Shown piece by piece: positions 43,970 to 54,714 of a stretch of DNA of 64,000 bases (position 1 is the stretch's first letter; each line of letters opens with the position of its first letter). The translations under genes and the position numbers were made by a program. The stretch spans positions 82,724 to 146,723 of the forward strand of contig CAVWWD010000002.1 in assembly GCA_963758635.1 (NCBI GenBank), written 5' to 3'. Below the pieces are notes generated by a model. The model did no database searches. It was not told the origin of the DNA and worked only from the letters and a program-made list of their open reading frames with translations. This stretch comes from an uncultured Candidatus Rokubacteria bacterium (GTDB lineage: Bacteria > Methylomirabilota > Methylomirabilia > Rokubacteriales > CSP1-6).

Positions 43970-44410
43970 ATGGACAAGTCCGGGTTCCAGCAGTCGCTGC
44001 TCGTCAAGCACCTCGAGGACACGAAGTTCGAGGCGATGGAGGCGAACAACGGCGCGCCGCGGCCGCAGTTCGTCTACCGGCGGCTCGGCGTCGAGGAGGC
44101 CACCGGCGGCGCGTACGACGCGCACGTGATCAAGGGGGTGCCGGGCTCGAAGCCGCCCATCGCCGAGCACAAGCACACCGAGCTCGACTTCCTCTTCGTC
44201 TATGTCCTCAAGGGCTGGATGAGCTTCCACTACCACGGCCACGGCGAGCACACGCTGAAGGCCGGCGACTGCCACATCATCCCGCCGGGCCTGTCGCACA
44301 CGGTCACCGGCTGGTCGGAGGACGTCGAGATCCTCGAGATCACCGCGCCTGGGCACTACAAGACGACCGACACGGTGAACGGCGTGGAGGTCGCGCCGGC
44401 AACCGCCTGA
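43970..44410 (+). CDS. Cupin domain protein
   Basis: HKH..DF..VYVLKG, GDCHIIPPGLSH. Confidence 0.85.
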   Translation: MDKSGFQQSLLVKHLEDTKFEAMEANNGAPRPQFVYRRLGVEEATGGAYDAHVIKGVPGSKPPIAEHKHTELDFLFVYVLKGWMSFHYHGHGEHTLKAGDCHIIPPGLSHTVTGWSEDVEILEITAPGHYKTTDTVNGVEVAPATA

Positions 44411-44501
44411 GGCGCCTCCATCAAGAGGCGCTCGACCACCGCGCGATCGCGGCTGACCTTCGCGGACGGAGAGTCTTCGCCGGCTCTGGTAGCATCAGTT
44501 G

Positions 44502-45692
44502 GTGAGACGTCTCCTTCATCCGTTCGTGCTCGTCGTGAGCGCGATCCTCGTGGTCGGCTACGCGTACATCGCCACGCGATTGGCGTCGACTGCGCCGGTC
44601 CGGGTGGCGCTGGCGGCGCCGTTCATCATGGTGTGGATCCTTCCCGTCGTCTACTGGTTCGGCGGTCGCGACCGCCAGGGCCGGGGGCACGAGTGGGTGC
44701 AGGCGCTGTGCTTCCTCTGCATGGGATGGCTCAGCTTTCTCCTCGTGCTGACGGTGGGACGCGACGTGCTCCTGCTGGCAACAGCCGCGCTGCCGTCGCT
44801 GGCCGCTGTGCACACGCTCCTCGATGAGTCGGGCGCGACGTGGGTGCCGGTGGCCGCGCTGGCCGCGGTCGGCATCGGCGCGCTGCCCGCGCTGCGGGGT
44901 CCCTACGTCCGTCGCGTCGATATTCCCGTGCATGGGCTGGCATCGGATCTCGACGGGTTCCGGATCGTGCAGATCAGCGATCTGCACGCCGGGCCGACGA
45001 TGCGGCTCGCATACGTCCAGCGGGTCGTCGACATGACGAGGGAGCTCGCGCCGGATCTCATCGCGCTGACCGGCGACATCGTGGACGGGTCGGTGTCGCG
45101 GCTTGCCGCCCACGTCGCGCCGCTCGAGGCGCTGGCGTCCGAGGACCGGGCGTTCCTCGTGCTCGGCAACCACGACTACTACTCGGGGGCGGCGCCATGG
45201 ACGGCGCACTTCGAGGCGATGGGATTTCGCGTGCTCGAGAACGCCCACGTGACGATCGCGCGTGGCTCTGCGCGCCTCCTGATCGGCGGCGTCATCGATT
45301 TCGCCGCGCGAATGTCCGATCCGGAGGCGCGGCCACGTCCGGACCTCGCGACCGACGGCGACGCGCGGCCGGCCTTTCGTCTGCTCCTGGCGCACAATCC
45401 GAAGATCGCGCCGCTGGCCGAGCAGGCCGGCTTCGACCTGCAGCTCTCGGGACACACGCACGCCGGCCAGTTCTTTCCGTGGACGTTCGTCATTCATCTG
45501 GTCCACGGGCCGCACGCCGCCGGGCTCTCGCGTCGCGGCCGCTTGTGGGTCTACGTCAGTGCCGGTACGGGGACGTGGGGACCGCCCGTGCGTCTCGGCA
45601 CGAGGCCGGAGCTCACGCTCCTACGCCTCGTGGCCGCGAACGGCCCATCACAAGGAGCGGACCTCCGTGAGGTGATAGAGTCGTGCCCGTGA
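44502..45692 (+). CDS. Membrane-anchored metallophosphoesterase
   Basis: SDLH, TGDIVD, GNHDYY, LAHNP, SGHTHAGQ. Confidence 0.92.
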   Translation: MRRLLHPFVLVVSAILVVGYAYIATRLASTAPVRVALAAPFIMVWILPVVYWFGGRDRQGRGHEWVQALCFLCMGWLSFLLVLTVGRDVLLLATAALPSLAAVHTLLDESGATWVPVAALAAVGIGALPALRGPYVRRVDIPVHGLASDLDGFRIVQISDLHAGPTMRLAYVQRVVDMTRELAPDLIALTGDIVDGSVSRLAAHVAPLEALASEDRAFLVLGNHDYYSGAAPWTAHFEAMGFRVLENAHVTIARGSARLLIGGVIDFAARMSDPEARPRPDLATDGDARPAFRLLLAHNPKIAPLAEQAGFDLQLSGHTHAGQFFPWTFVIHLVHGPHAAGLSRRGRLWVYVSAGTGTWGPPVRLGTRPELTLLRLVAANGPSQGADLREVIESCP

Positions 45693-47515
45693 CGCGTCGC
45701 TATGCGCCCATCGAGGACTACGGCATCATCGGCGACCTGCACACGGTGGCGCTGGTGGGCAAGGACGGCTCGATCGACTTCCTCTGTCTCCCCTCCTTCG
45801 ACTCGCCGTCGGTGTTCGCGGCGCTCCTCGACGCCGAGCGCGGCGGCCGCTTCCAGATCGCGCCGCAACTCGGTGAGGCGGCACGCAAGCAGATCTATCT
45901 CCCCGACACCAACGTGCTCCTCACGCGCTTCCTCTCCAGCGACGGCGTCGCCGAGCTCTCTGATTTCATGCCGGTGGAGGACACCGGTCAGGCCCACAAC
46001 CTCGTGCGCCGAGTGAAGACCGTGCGCGGGGAGATACGCTTCCGGATGCTCTGCGATCCTCGCTTCGACTATGCTCGCGCCACGCACTCGGTCGAGCGGC
46101 GCAGCGATCGAGAGGTGATCTTCGTCGGCCGCAGCGGTGCCGGCGAGCTGGCCCTGCGACTGTGCTCGTCGATCCCGATGCAGGTGACCGACGGGGCCGC
46201 CGTGGCCGAGTTCGCGCTCCGCGCCGACGAGTCGGCGTCCTTCGTGCTCGAGGTGGTCGTGGCGGGTGAGCCATCCCCGGGCCATCAGCCAGACTATGAG
46301 AGCGAGGCGTTCAAGCAGACGGTGAACTTCTGGCGCCGATGGGTCGACCGCTGCACCTACCGGGGCCGCTGGCGCGAGACGGTGAATCGCTCGGCCCTGA
46401 CCCTGAAGCTCCTCACCTCGCAGCCGCACGGCTCGATCGTTGCTTCGCCCACGTTTGGCCTCCCCGAGCACATCGGCGGCGTCCGGAACTGGGACTACCG
46501 CTACACCTGGATCCGCGACTCGGCCTTCTCCCTCTATGGACTCATGCGGCTCGGTTACACCGGCGAGGCGGAAGCGTTCATGCGCTGGGTCATGGCGCGG
46601 GTCGATGAGCTGGAGCCAGACGGCTCGCTCCAGATCATGTACGGCATCGACGGGCGCCACGCGCTCCCTGAAGAGGCGCTCCCGCACCTCGAGGGGTACA
46701 TGGGCTCGCGCCCGGTTCGCATCGGCAACGCCGCGTATACCCATCTTCAGCTCGACATCTACGGCGAGCTGATGGACGCGGTGTACCTGTACGACAAGTA
46801 TGGATCCCCGATCCCCCACGACGGGTGGCAGAACATCGTGCGGTTGATCGACTGGGTCTGCGTCCACTGGCGCGAGCCGGACGAAGGCATCTGGGAGGTG
46901 CGCGGCGGGCGCCAGGAGTTCCTCTACTCGCGGGTGATGTGCTGGGTCGCGATCGACCGGGCCATTCGTCTTGCGGGAAAACGCTCGTTCCCGGCCCCGC
47001 TGGCCCGATGGCACGACATCCGAGACACGATCTATCGCGACATCTACGAGCGCTTCTGGGATCCGGCGCGACGCGTGTTCGTCCAGGCGGCCGGCTCCAA
47101 GGCGCTCGACGCCGCCGCCCTCCTGATGCCGCTCATCCGCTTCGTCTCCCCTACCGACCCTCGCTGGCTCTCCACGCTGCACGCCATCGAGCAGGATCTG
47201 GTGAGTGACTCGCTGGTCTATCGCTATCGGCTCGGCGACGGCTACACCGACGGTCTCGCCGGCCAGGAGGGCACGTTCTCCATGTGCTCCTTCTGGTACG
47301 TGGAGTGCCTCTCGCGCATGGGCGACCTGCACAAGGCGCGATTCTTCTTCGAGAAGATGCTCGGCTACGCCAACCACCTGGGACTCTACGGCGAGGAGCT
47401 CGGCCCGCAGGCGCAGCACCTGGGCAACTTCCCGCAAGCCTTCACGCATCTCGCGCTGATCAGCGCCGCGTTCGATCTCGACCGGCGGCTCTCCGCCGCC
47501 GGTCACGCCGGGTGA
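45683..47515 (+). CDS. Glycoside hydrolase family 15 (glucoamylase/trehalase-like)
   Basis: IEDYGIIGD, RNWDYRYTWIRD, QLDIYGE, GIWEVR, GNFPQAFTH. Confidence 0.95.
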   Translation: MPVTRRYAPIEDYGIIGDLHTVALVGKDGSIDFLCLPSFDSPSVFAALLDAERGGRFQIAPQLGEAARKQIYLPDTNVLLTRFLSSDGVAELSDFMPVEDTGQAHNLVRRVKTVRGEIRFRMLCDPRFDYARATHSVERRSDREVIFVGRSGAGELALRLCSSIPMQVTDGAAVAEFALRADESASFVLEVVVAGEPSPGHQPDYESEAFKQTVNFWRRWVDRCTYRGRWRETVNRSALTLKLLTSQPHGSIVASPTFGLPEHIGGVRNWDYRYTWIRDSAFSLYGLMRLGYTGEAEAFMRWVMARVDELEPDGSLQIMYGIDGRHALPEEALPHLEGYMGSRPVRIGNAAYTHLQLDIYGELMDAVYLYDKYGSPIPHDGWQNIVRLIDWVCVHWREPDEGIWEVRGGRQEFLYSRVMCWVAIDRAIRLAGKRSFPAPLARWHDIRDTIYRDIYERFWDPARRVFVQAAGSKALDAAALLMPLIRFVSPTDPRWLSTLHAIEQDLVSDSLVYRYRLGDGYTDGLAGQEGTFSMCSFWYVECLSRMGDLHKARFFFEKMLGYANHLGLYGEELGPQAQHLGNFPQAFTHLALISAAFDLDRRLSAAGHAG

Positions 47516-47555
47516 GCGATACGTCCGGGCAGCAGTGAAACGGAGGCTCACGGCC

Positions 47556-48406
47556 ATGGCAGAGTTGCCTCGTCTGAACGGTCTCATCAAGGCTCTGGAG
47601 GAAGGCGGCGTCGCTTTTGTCGGCTCGGCGCCCGCCGATGGGGCGGCCGGCACCAGCGCCCCCTACGACGCCGCGCTGTTCGAGATGGAACACGGCCCCT
47701 ATGACATACGGGCGCTGCAGGAGGGGCTGCAGAGCATGCTGGATCGCCGCCAGATCGCGCAGCGTGGCATCGCGCCGGCGGTCACCCCCATCGTGCGGAT
47801 TCCCCCGAACCAGGGACAGACCAACTGGGTCGCCAAGCAGGTGCTCGACATCGGCGTGTACGGAATCATCTGGCCCCACGTCGATACGGTCGAGGACGCG
47901 TACAACGCCGTCGCCGCCATGCGCTATCCCAGGGTCGAGGGCCGCCCGCTGCGCGAGCCCTTCGGCCGCCGCGGCGATGCCCCGCAGCGCGCGGTCACCT
48001 ACTGGGGCATCACCCAGCAGGAGTACTACGCCCGCGCCGACGTGTGGCCGCTGAACCCCCAGGGCGAGCTGCTCTGCTGCCTGATGATCGAGAGCCCCGA
48101 GGGGATCGGCAACCTGCCGAAGATGCTGGACGAGGTGCCCGGCATCGGCGTCGATCTTCACCGGGGAGGGCGATCTCTCTCAGGAGCTGGGCCACCCGCG
48201 TCAGTATGACCATCCTGACGTGCTGAAGGGCGTCAGGGAGATCCTGGCCATCTGCAAGGCGCACAACGTGCCGAACGGCTGGTTCCACACCACCCTCGAC
48301 AATGTCGAGCAGGTGATCCAGGACGGCTACCGGGTCCTCATGGCCCCGTCCTCGCGCAGCTACGCCGTGCTGCAACAAGGGCCGCGCCGCGGCCGGCAGA
48401 CGCTGA
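47556..48406 (+). CDS. HpcH/HpaI aldolase family protein (frameshifts ~48155 and near the end)
   Basis: EMEHGPYD, PIVRIP, KQVLDIG, MIESPEG, GEGDLS. Confidence 0.8.
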
Positions 48407-48727
48407 GTGCCGCGCGCCGATGCGCAGCGGGTGGACACCGCGAGCCGGGAAGCTCTCGGCTCTCATGTGGAAGGCGCTCGGCCGCGACGTTCTGGGTTGA
48501 TGCCGAGACGACATCCGGGGAGCGGGGCGCCATCGTATATGGAGTGATGCGTACGGTTGAGGCGGCGCGCAGTCAGGATCCCCTGGCCGGCCCCGCGACG
48601 CCATGGAAGGGATGAAGCTGGCGACCGAGTGGACAACCTGACTCTGGGGCGCTCGTCGCTTCGCAACTCCGCCGATGGGGCCGCGCCGGGCCGCACGCGG
48701 CAGTCGCCAGGCGCCAGGCCCGATGCT

Positions 48728-49294
48728 ATGGTGACCTCGGTGGAGGATGAAGGGCGCGAATTAATTGAGCAGATGGCCGGGGGCCATAGGCCGGCGCTCG
48801 AGCGGCTCTACGACCGTCACGCCCACCTGGTCCTCGGGCTGGCCCTCCGAATCCTCCGAAATCAGGCCGACGCCGAGGAGGTCGCGCAGGAGGTGTTCCT
48901 CCAGGTCTGGCGGGAAGCGTCGCGCTACGACCCCGCTCGGGGAACGCCCCAGGCCTGGATCGTGACGCTGGCGCGTACGCGGGCGATCGACAAGCTGCGC
49001 GCCGCCCGCCGCCTGGGTGACCAACGGCGCGAGGCGGCGAACGTGGAGCGCACGGAAGTACGCACGGCTCGCGGGACCGACGACCAGGTGGCGGATCGGC
49101 AGCTCGTGCTCGGCGTGCTGGCTGACCTGTCTTCGGCCCAGCGCCAGATGCTGGAGCTCGCCTACTACGAAGGCCTCACGCAGACCGAGATCGCGGACCG
49201 TACGGGACTTCCGCTGGGAACGGTGAAGACCCGGATCCGGATGGGTCTCGAGCAATTGCGAACGGCGCTCAACCACAAGCGAGCGACCTCTCTC
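48728..49294 (+). CDS. ECF sigma factor (SigK-like); reads in frame into the anti-sigma gene
   Basis: DAEEVAQEVFLQVW, ARTRAID, AYYEGLTQTEIA..PLGTVKTRIR. Confidence 0.9.
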
Positions 49295-50080
49295 ATGAGC
49301 CGGCCAGCGCCGAGCCACGAGCCCTTTACCGAGTGGGCGGCCCTCGCGTCCATCCAGGCACTGGACGGCGACGAGCAGGTGCGGTTCGAGGCCCACCTGG
49401 CCGCCGGCTGCGCTGAGTGCGAGGAGACGCAGCGCGAGCTCGCACTGGCCGCGGCCGCGCTCCCGCTGGCCCTGCCCGAGGTTCCCGTGCCGCCGGAGCT
49501 TCGAGACCGTCTCCTGGCCCGGCTCGCGTCCGCTCCTGGACTTGCCCGGCCGTTAGCTCGGACGCGCGCGGCGGGTGTTCGCTCGCGCGCGTGGCGGTGG
49601 GCGGCCGGCCTGGCGGCGGCCGGCGTCGTCGGCTTCATGGCGTGGGAACAGTATCAGTTGCGGTCCGCGCTGGAGCGGCAGCAGGCCTCCGTGGCGCGGC
49701 TCGAGCACGAACTGGCCAGCCAGCGGACTCTGACCTCGCTGGTGGGGGGCACCGACAGCAGCGTGGCGGCACTGAAAGGCACGCCGCCGGCGCCCCAGGC
49801 CGACGGATGGATCGCCTGGAGCCCAGCTCGAAAGAGCGGCTTCCTGGTGGTCCACAACCTGCCCATGCCGCCTGCGGGCAAGCAATATCAGCTCTGGGTG
49901 ATGGCCGCCGGGCAGCCGGCCTCCGCCGGCGTGTTCGATGTCGACAATCTCGGCCACGCTTCCCTTGTCGTGCCGGTGGAAGCGCCGAAGCCCGATGGCT
50001 TCGCCATCACCCTCGAGCCGGCCGGCGGCGGCCCGGCGCCGAGCGGTGCCCCGCTCATGACGAGTCCCAGCCGCGGCTGA
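49295..50080 (+). CDS. RskA-type anti-sigma factor with ZAS motif
   Basis: HLAAGCAEC, one TM, YQLW, FAITLEPAGG..PSG. Confidence 0.9.
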   Translation: MSRPAPSHEPFTEWAALASIQALDGDEQVRFEAHLAAGCAECEETQRELALAAAALPLALPEVPVPPELRDRLLARLASAPGLARPLARTRAAGVRSRAWRWAAGLAAAGVVGFMAWEQYQLRSALERQQASVARLEHELASQRTLTSLVGGTDSSVAALKGTPPAPQADGWIAWSPARKSGFLVVHNLPMPPAGKQYQLWVMAAGQPASAGVFDVDNLGHASLVVPVEAPKPDGFAITLEPAGGGPAPSGAPLMTSPSRG

Positions 50081-50216
50081 GCAGCCTCCCGAAGCCCTGA
50101 CCGGCACGCTGGCGGCCTGGCGCGAGAGCGCGGACGGGATGAAGGCCCCCCGCCAGAGCGCGGCCGGAAGCTGTTCTCGAGGAGCTACTTCCGGTACAGG
50201 ACGGCCTCGTCCGGAC

Positions 50217-52030
50217 TCAGGTGGATGCCCAGCTCCTTGGCCACCGCCACGACTTCATCGACGTGTTCCATCTCCATCCGCGCCCGGCGAAGTACTCGTC
50301 CAGCAGGGGCTCGAGGGAGCACACGCGCCCGGCGTGGATGCCGTCGGGGACCGGCTCACTCGTGAACCTTGCTGGGAGCGTGTCGTCCGCCACCGTGAAC
50401 CCATGCGCCATGTTGTAGCTGCGCTCGGCGGTGAAGATGCGCGCTCCAGTCGCCAGCAGCTCGGCGCTGGTCACCGGCTCGCCGGTGACCAGCGAGAGGG
50501 CGTCCGCGTAGTCCTGGACCGTGAAGGCGTAGGTTCCGAAGGCGCAGCTCGTGAGCGAGTCGATGACGGCCACGAGATCCTGACGGTAGCGCACGGCGTC
50601 GGCGATCTCCCGCGGGGTGCTTCGCGGGCCTACGAGCGGGGCAACACCGGCGTCGCGCAGGCCGTAGACCAGGTCCCCGTAGGTCCACACGTGCGCGGCC
50701 CCGCCGCTGTTCTCCGTCGCGTTCAGGAGGCCCCACGCGGGCTCCGGGCGGGGATCGACGTTCTGGATCGAAATCCCCTTCACGGACATGGCAAGGTGAG
50801 GGACACCGAAGCGAGTGGCCGCCGCGCTCGCGCCGAGGGCCAGCACCCCTCCGATCCCGTCCCCTCGGCCCGTCAGGTTGATGAGCTCGATCATGCGGTC
50901 CACGTCGCCCCACCGGAGTCCATCACGAACCAGTCCCAGCTCGGTGGCCTCCGCGAGCATGGAGAGCGTGTTGCCCATCTCGATCGGGTCGATGCCGAGC
51001 TCGTAGCAGAGATAGTTGAGGTACCCCAGCGCCTCGAGGTCCCGGACGAGACAGTTCGACCCCAGCGAGGAGAGCTGAGAGTAGTCCGGTCCTTCGGTCG
51101 TGTACGGGCGGGGCCCGTCGGAACCGACCTCGCGGCGACAGCGAACCGGACAGCCGGTACACGTCAGTCGCTCCCGCAGGATGGTCTGGCTCATCCGGAT
51201 GCCCCCGATGCTCTCGTGACCGGCCATGCGCGTGAGGCGGTAGTTCATCGTCGGTAACGCCTCGTGCTGCCCCAGCATCTCGATCGCGATCGCGGTCCCG
51301 TGGAGGGCCAGGGTGCCGGTCTTCGAGCTGAGGAGCGGGGATTCGAGCAGCCGGCCGTGGGCACGTTTCCGGAGCGCGTCCAACGCGGGGCGATCTGCGG
51401 GCGCAAGCTTGGCGCCGCCGGTTCGGCGCACGACGATCGCCTTCACCCGCTTGCTTCCGAGCACCGCCCCGACGCCGTGGCGCACCCCGCTGGCGCGGCC
51501 CTTGTCGTTGATGACGGTCGCGATGGGCGACATCGCCTCTCCACTGGGACCGATCGCCAGCACGTGCGCATCGGTATGGGCCGCCTGCAGCAAGGACACC
51601 GTCTCGACAGCACCCTTCCCCCAGAGCGCGCCGGCGTCGCGGATCTCGACGCGCGTCCCCTCGACCAACAGATACGAGGGGTTCCGCAGGCGACCGTCGA
51701 GGACGATGCCGTCGAGCCCGCCCCTTTTCAGCTCGGCCGCGAAGTAGCCTCCGGTCATCGCCGAAGCGATCGTGCGCGTGAGCGGCGACCGGAAGACCAG
51801 CGCGAGCCGGTTGGAGAGCGGAAAGTCGCTCCCTGTGAGCGGCCCGGTCAACAAGCAAAGGAGGTGTCCGGATCGAGCGGCTCGACGCTGCAACCCTGCC
51901 CGGCGAGGAGGGCCGCTCCGACTCCGCGGCCGCCGAGGTACTCTCTCAGGAGCGTGTCGTCGAGACGGACGTGCCGCGTGGCGGAGTGGCTCAGGGAGAC
52001 CGCTGCAATCCGATGGTGATATCCACGCAT
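50217..52030 (-). CDS. Aldehyde:ferredoxin oxidoreductase (W/Mo AOR family; frameshift ~51860)
   Basis: YLGGRG, SPLT, GG.FAAELK..G.DG, IGPSGE, GAVLGSKRVKA, CTGCPVRC, GPDY, DTLPARF. Confidence 0.9.
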
Positions 52031-52230
52031 CGCAAACCTCCTGGCGACCAGCTCGGGTGCTGCCAACTCTAGATACGCGCCGTGAGAGGCCAACGGATTG
52101 TCCCGACTGAGCTCGCCGAGCAGAACCCGGCCGAATGGTCATACTGGAGGCGCCCTCCGGCGCGGACACTTTCACGGAACAGTTACGGGCGGACATTTTC
52201 ATGGACCAACAGCACGTGCGCCCTTGCCGG

Positions 52231-52260
52231 TTGACGGCGGCGGTGTGCCAGCCGTAGGCT
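52231..52260 (+). promoter_or_regulatory. Sigma70-type promoter for the CoA transferase
   Basis: TTGACG-18 nt-TAGGCT, followed by AGGAGG RBS. Confidence 0.55.
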
Positions 52261-52289
52261 TGACGAGCTTCTAACAGGAGGGGTGAGCA

Positions 52290-53519
52290 ATGGCTGAGAT
52301 CGGCGTCGAGCTCGACTGTCTCGCAGGCGTCAAGGTGGTGGACTTCACCCAGTTCGAGGCGGGGCCGTCCTGCACGGAGTCGCTGGCCTGGCTCGGCGCC
52401 GAGGTGGTCAAGATCGAGAACCCGGGACTCGGCGATCCCGGCCGCCGCCTGCGCCCCGGCCAGCCCGACAACGACCCCTGGTATTTCCACCAGTACAACG
52501 CCAACAAGAAGTCGCTGACGCTGAATCTGAAATCGCCGCGCGGGCTGGAGATCGTCCGCGCCCTGCTGAAGAAGGCCGACGTCACCGTCGAGAACATGGC
52601 GCCCGGCACGATCGAGCGCCTCGGCCTCGGCTATGACGCGGTCAAGGCGATCAACCCCGGCATCATCTATTGCCAGATCAAGGGCTTCGGCACCGGCAGC
52701 CCGTACGAGAAGAGCCTCGCCTTCGACATGATCGCGCAGGCCGCGGGCGGCCCGATCAGCGTCACCGGCGAGGGCGACCGGCCACCGGTCAAACCCGGCC
52801 CGAGCTTTGGCGACACCGGCACCGGCATGCTGATGGCGATCAGCATCCTGGGCGCGCTCTACCAGCGGACCAGGACCGGCCAGGGGCGGCGCCTGCAGGT
52901 GGCGATGCAGGACGCGATGATCCACTACATGCGCGTACCGTTGTCCCGCACCCAGCAGAGCGGCCAGGCTCAGCTCCGCAACGGCAGCAGCCGGTCCAAC
53001 CCCGCCCTTGCCCCGTCGGCCCTCTATCCGTGCAAGGGGGGCGGGCCGAACGACTACGCCTATATCTTCACCAGCCGCGCCAATCCCGATCACTGGCGGC
53101 GCCTCTTGAAGGCGATCGAGCGCGAGGACCTGATCGGCGACGCGCGCTACGAGACCGGACCGGCGCGCGGCCAGCGCGCGGCCGAGGTCGATGAGCTGAT
53201 CGCCGCGTGGACGCGCCAGCATTCCAAGGAAGAGGTGATGAAGGTCATCGGCGACGCCGGGGTGCCGGCCGGGGCGGTGTTCGACACGCTGGAGCTGATG
53301 AACGACCCCTCGCTCGCCGAGCGCGGCATCATGCAGACGATCCAGCACCCGACCACGGGGGCGGTCAAGATGCCGGCCTGGCCGGTGCGCTTCGACGGCG
53401 CGCCGCCGCGGGTCAAGCCGTCGCCGCGCCTGGGCGAGCACAACGCCGAGGTGCTGAGCGGCTGGCTCGGCATGAGCGCCCAGGACGTCGAGGCGCTCGC
53501 CAAGGACGGTATCGTCTAG
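52290..53519 (+). CDS. Class III CoA-transferase (CaiB/BaiF, Frc-like)
   Basis: EAGPSCT..LAWLGAEVVKIE, NANKKS, ENMAPG, GDTGTG, PRLGEHN. Confidence 0.95.
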   Translation: MAEIGVELDCLAGVKVVDFTQFEAGPSCTESLAWLGAEVVKIENPGLGDPGRRLRPGQPDNDPWYFHQYNANKKSLTLNLKSPRGLEIVRALLKKADVTVENMAPGTIERLGLGYDAVKAINPGIIYCQIKGFGTGSPYEKSLAFDMIAQAAGGPISVTGEGDRPPVKPGPSFGDTGTGMLMAISILGALYQRTRTGQGRRLQVAMQDAMIHYMRVPLSRTQQSGQAQLRNGSSRSNPALAPSALYPCKGGGPNDYAYIFTSRANPDHWRRLLKAIEREDLIGDARYETGPARGQRAAEVDELIAAWTRQHSKEEVMKVIGDAGVPAGAVFDTLELMNDPSLAERGIMQTIQHPTTGAVKMPAWPVRFDGAPPRVKPSPRLGEHNAEVLSGWLGMSAQDVEALAKDGIV

Positions 53520-53572
53520 CCGCCGCGCCCAGCCGCCGCGCCCGGGGCGGCCCGACAGACAGGAGGCCTTCG

Positions 53573-54679
53573 ATGGCGAATCTCACCGCAACGGCAGCCG
53601 TGCTGTACGAGATCAAGAAGCCCCTGGTCATCGAGGAGGTCGAGCTCCTCGAGCCCGGGCCGCACGAGGTGCAGGTCCGGTGGGTCGCCAACGGGGTCTG
53701 CCACAGCGACTATCATCTGATGTCCGGCGACTCGGCCCACCCGCTGCCCGTGGTCCTCGGTCACGAGGCGGCCGGAGTCGTGGAGAAGATCGGGGCGCTG
53801 GTCGAGTCCGTGCAGCCCGGCGACCACGTGTGCTCGAGCTACATCCCCTCGTGCGGCAAGTGCGGCTACTGCATCAACGGGACCCCGACGCTCTGCGCGC
53901 TCCGCGACAAGCCCCGCTCGCTCATGCACGACGGCACGTTCCGTTTCCGGAAGAACGGCCAGGGGCTCCACCAGTACCTGCAGGTCGGCGGGTACGCGAC
54001 GCGAGCGGTCCTGCCGGAGGCGAGCGTCATTCCCATCCGCAAGGACGCCCCGCTGGACGTGGTCTCGCTGGTGAGCTGCGGCGTCCTCGCCGGCGCCGGG
54101 CCGGTCATCAACAAGGCCAAGGTGCCCCCGGGGGCCAGCGTGGCCGTGTTCGGCTGCGGTGGCGTCGGCCTCAACACGATCCAGGCGGCGCGCCTCGTGG
54201 GCGCGGCGCGGATCATCGCCGTGGACGTGATGAAGCAGAAGCTCGAATGGGCCCTGGAGTTCGGGGCCACCCACGTGGTGGACGCCTCGAAAGGCGACCC
54301 GGTCGCCGAGGTGCACCGGATCGCCGGGGGCGGCGGCGTCGACTATGCCTTCGAGGTGGTGGGCTACCAGCAAACCGTGGAGCAGGCCTTCAACTCCACG
54401 CACCGGGGCGGCACCACGGTGGTCGTCGGGGTCTGCCCGACCGGCACCCGCATCAGCATCGACCCCACGATGCTCCTCCAGCAGCGCGTGCTGACCGGCT
54501 CCTCCTTCGGCGCCGGCCACCAGCGCACCGACGTGCCCATGCTCATCGACCTGTTCATGGACGGCCGGTACAAGCTCCGCGAGCTGATCAGCCGGCGGGT
54601 GCCGCTTGGCGAGGTGAACCAGGCCTACGAGGCCTTGCTCCAGGGCGAGGTGAAGCGGAGCGTGGTCGTCTTCGACTAG
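53573..54679 (+). CDS. Zn-dependent alcohol dehydrogenase
   Basis: CHSD, GHEAAG, CGKCGYC..C, GCGGVG. Confidence 0.95.
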   Translation: MANLTATAAVLYEIKKPLVIEEVELLEPGPHEVQVRWVANGVCHSDYHLMSGDSAHPLPVVLGHEAAGVVEKIGALVESVQPGDHVCSSYIPSCGKCGYCINGTPTLCALRDKPRSLMHDGTFRFRKNGQGLHQYLQVGGYATRAVLPEASVIPIRKDAPLDVVSLVSCGVLAGAGPVINKAKVPPGASVAVFGCGGVGLNTIQAARLVGAARIIAVDVMKQKLEWALEFGATHVVDASKGDPVAEVHRIAGGGGVDYAFEVVGYQQTVEQAFNSTHRGGTTVVVGVCPTGTRISIDPTMLLQQRVLTGSSFGAGHQRTDVPMLIDLFMDGRYKLRELISRRVPLGEVNQAYEALLQGEVKRSVVVFD

Positions 54680-54680
54680 C
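54574..54680 (+). repeat. 107-bp direct repeat copy 1 (ADH 3' end)
   Basis: Matches 55886-55992 with 3 substitutions. Confidence 0.95.
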
Positions 54681-54714
54681 CGGCCTGCCCGGGCCACGGA
54701 ACGAGCCCCGCAAC

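Noticed and set aside
50185..50271. Minus-strand MEHVDEVVAVAKELGIHLSPDEAVLYRK* overlapping the AOR end
   Set aside because: Could be the frameshifted AOR C-terminus (KELGI) or another gene stub; cannot decide without a search
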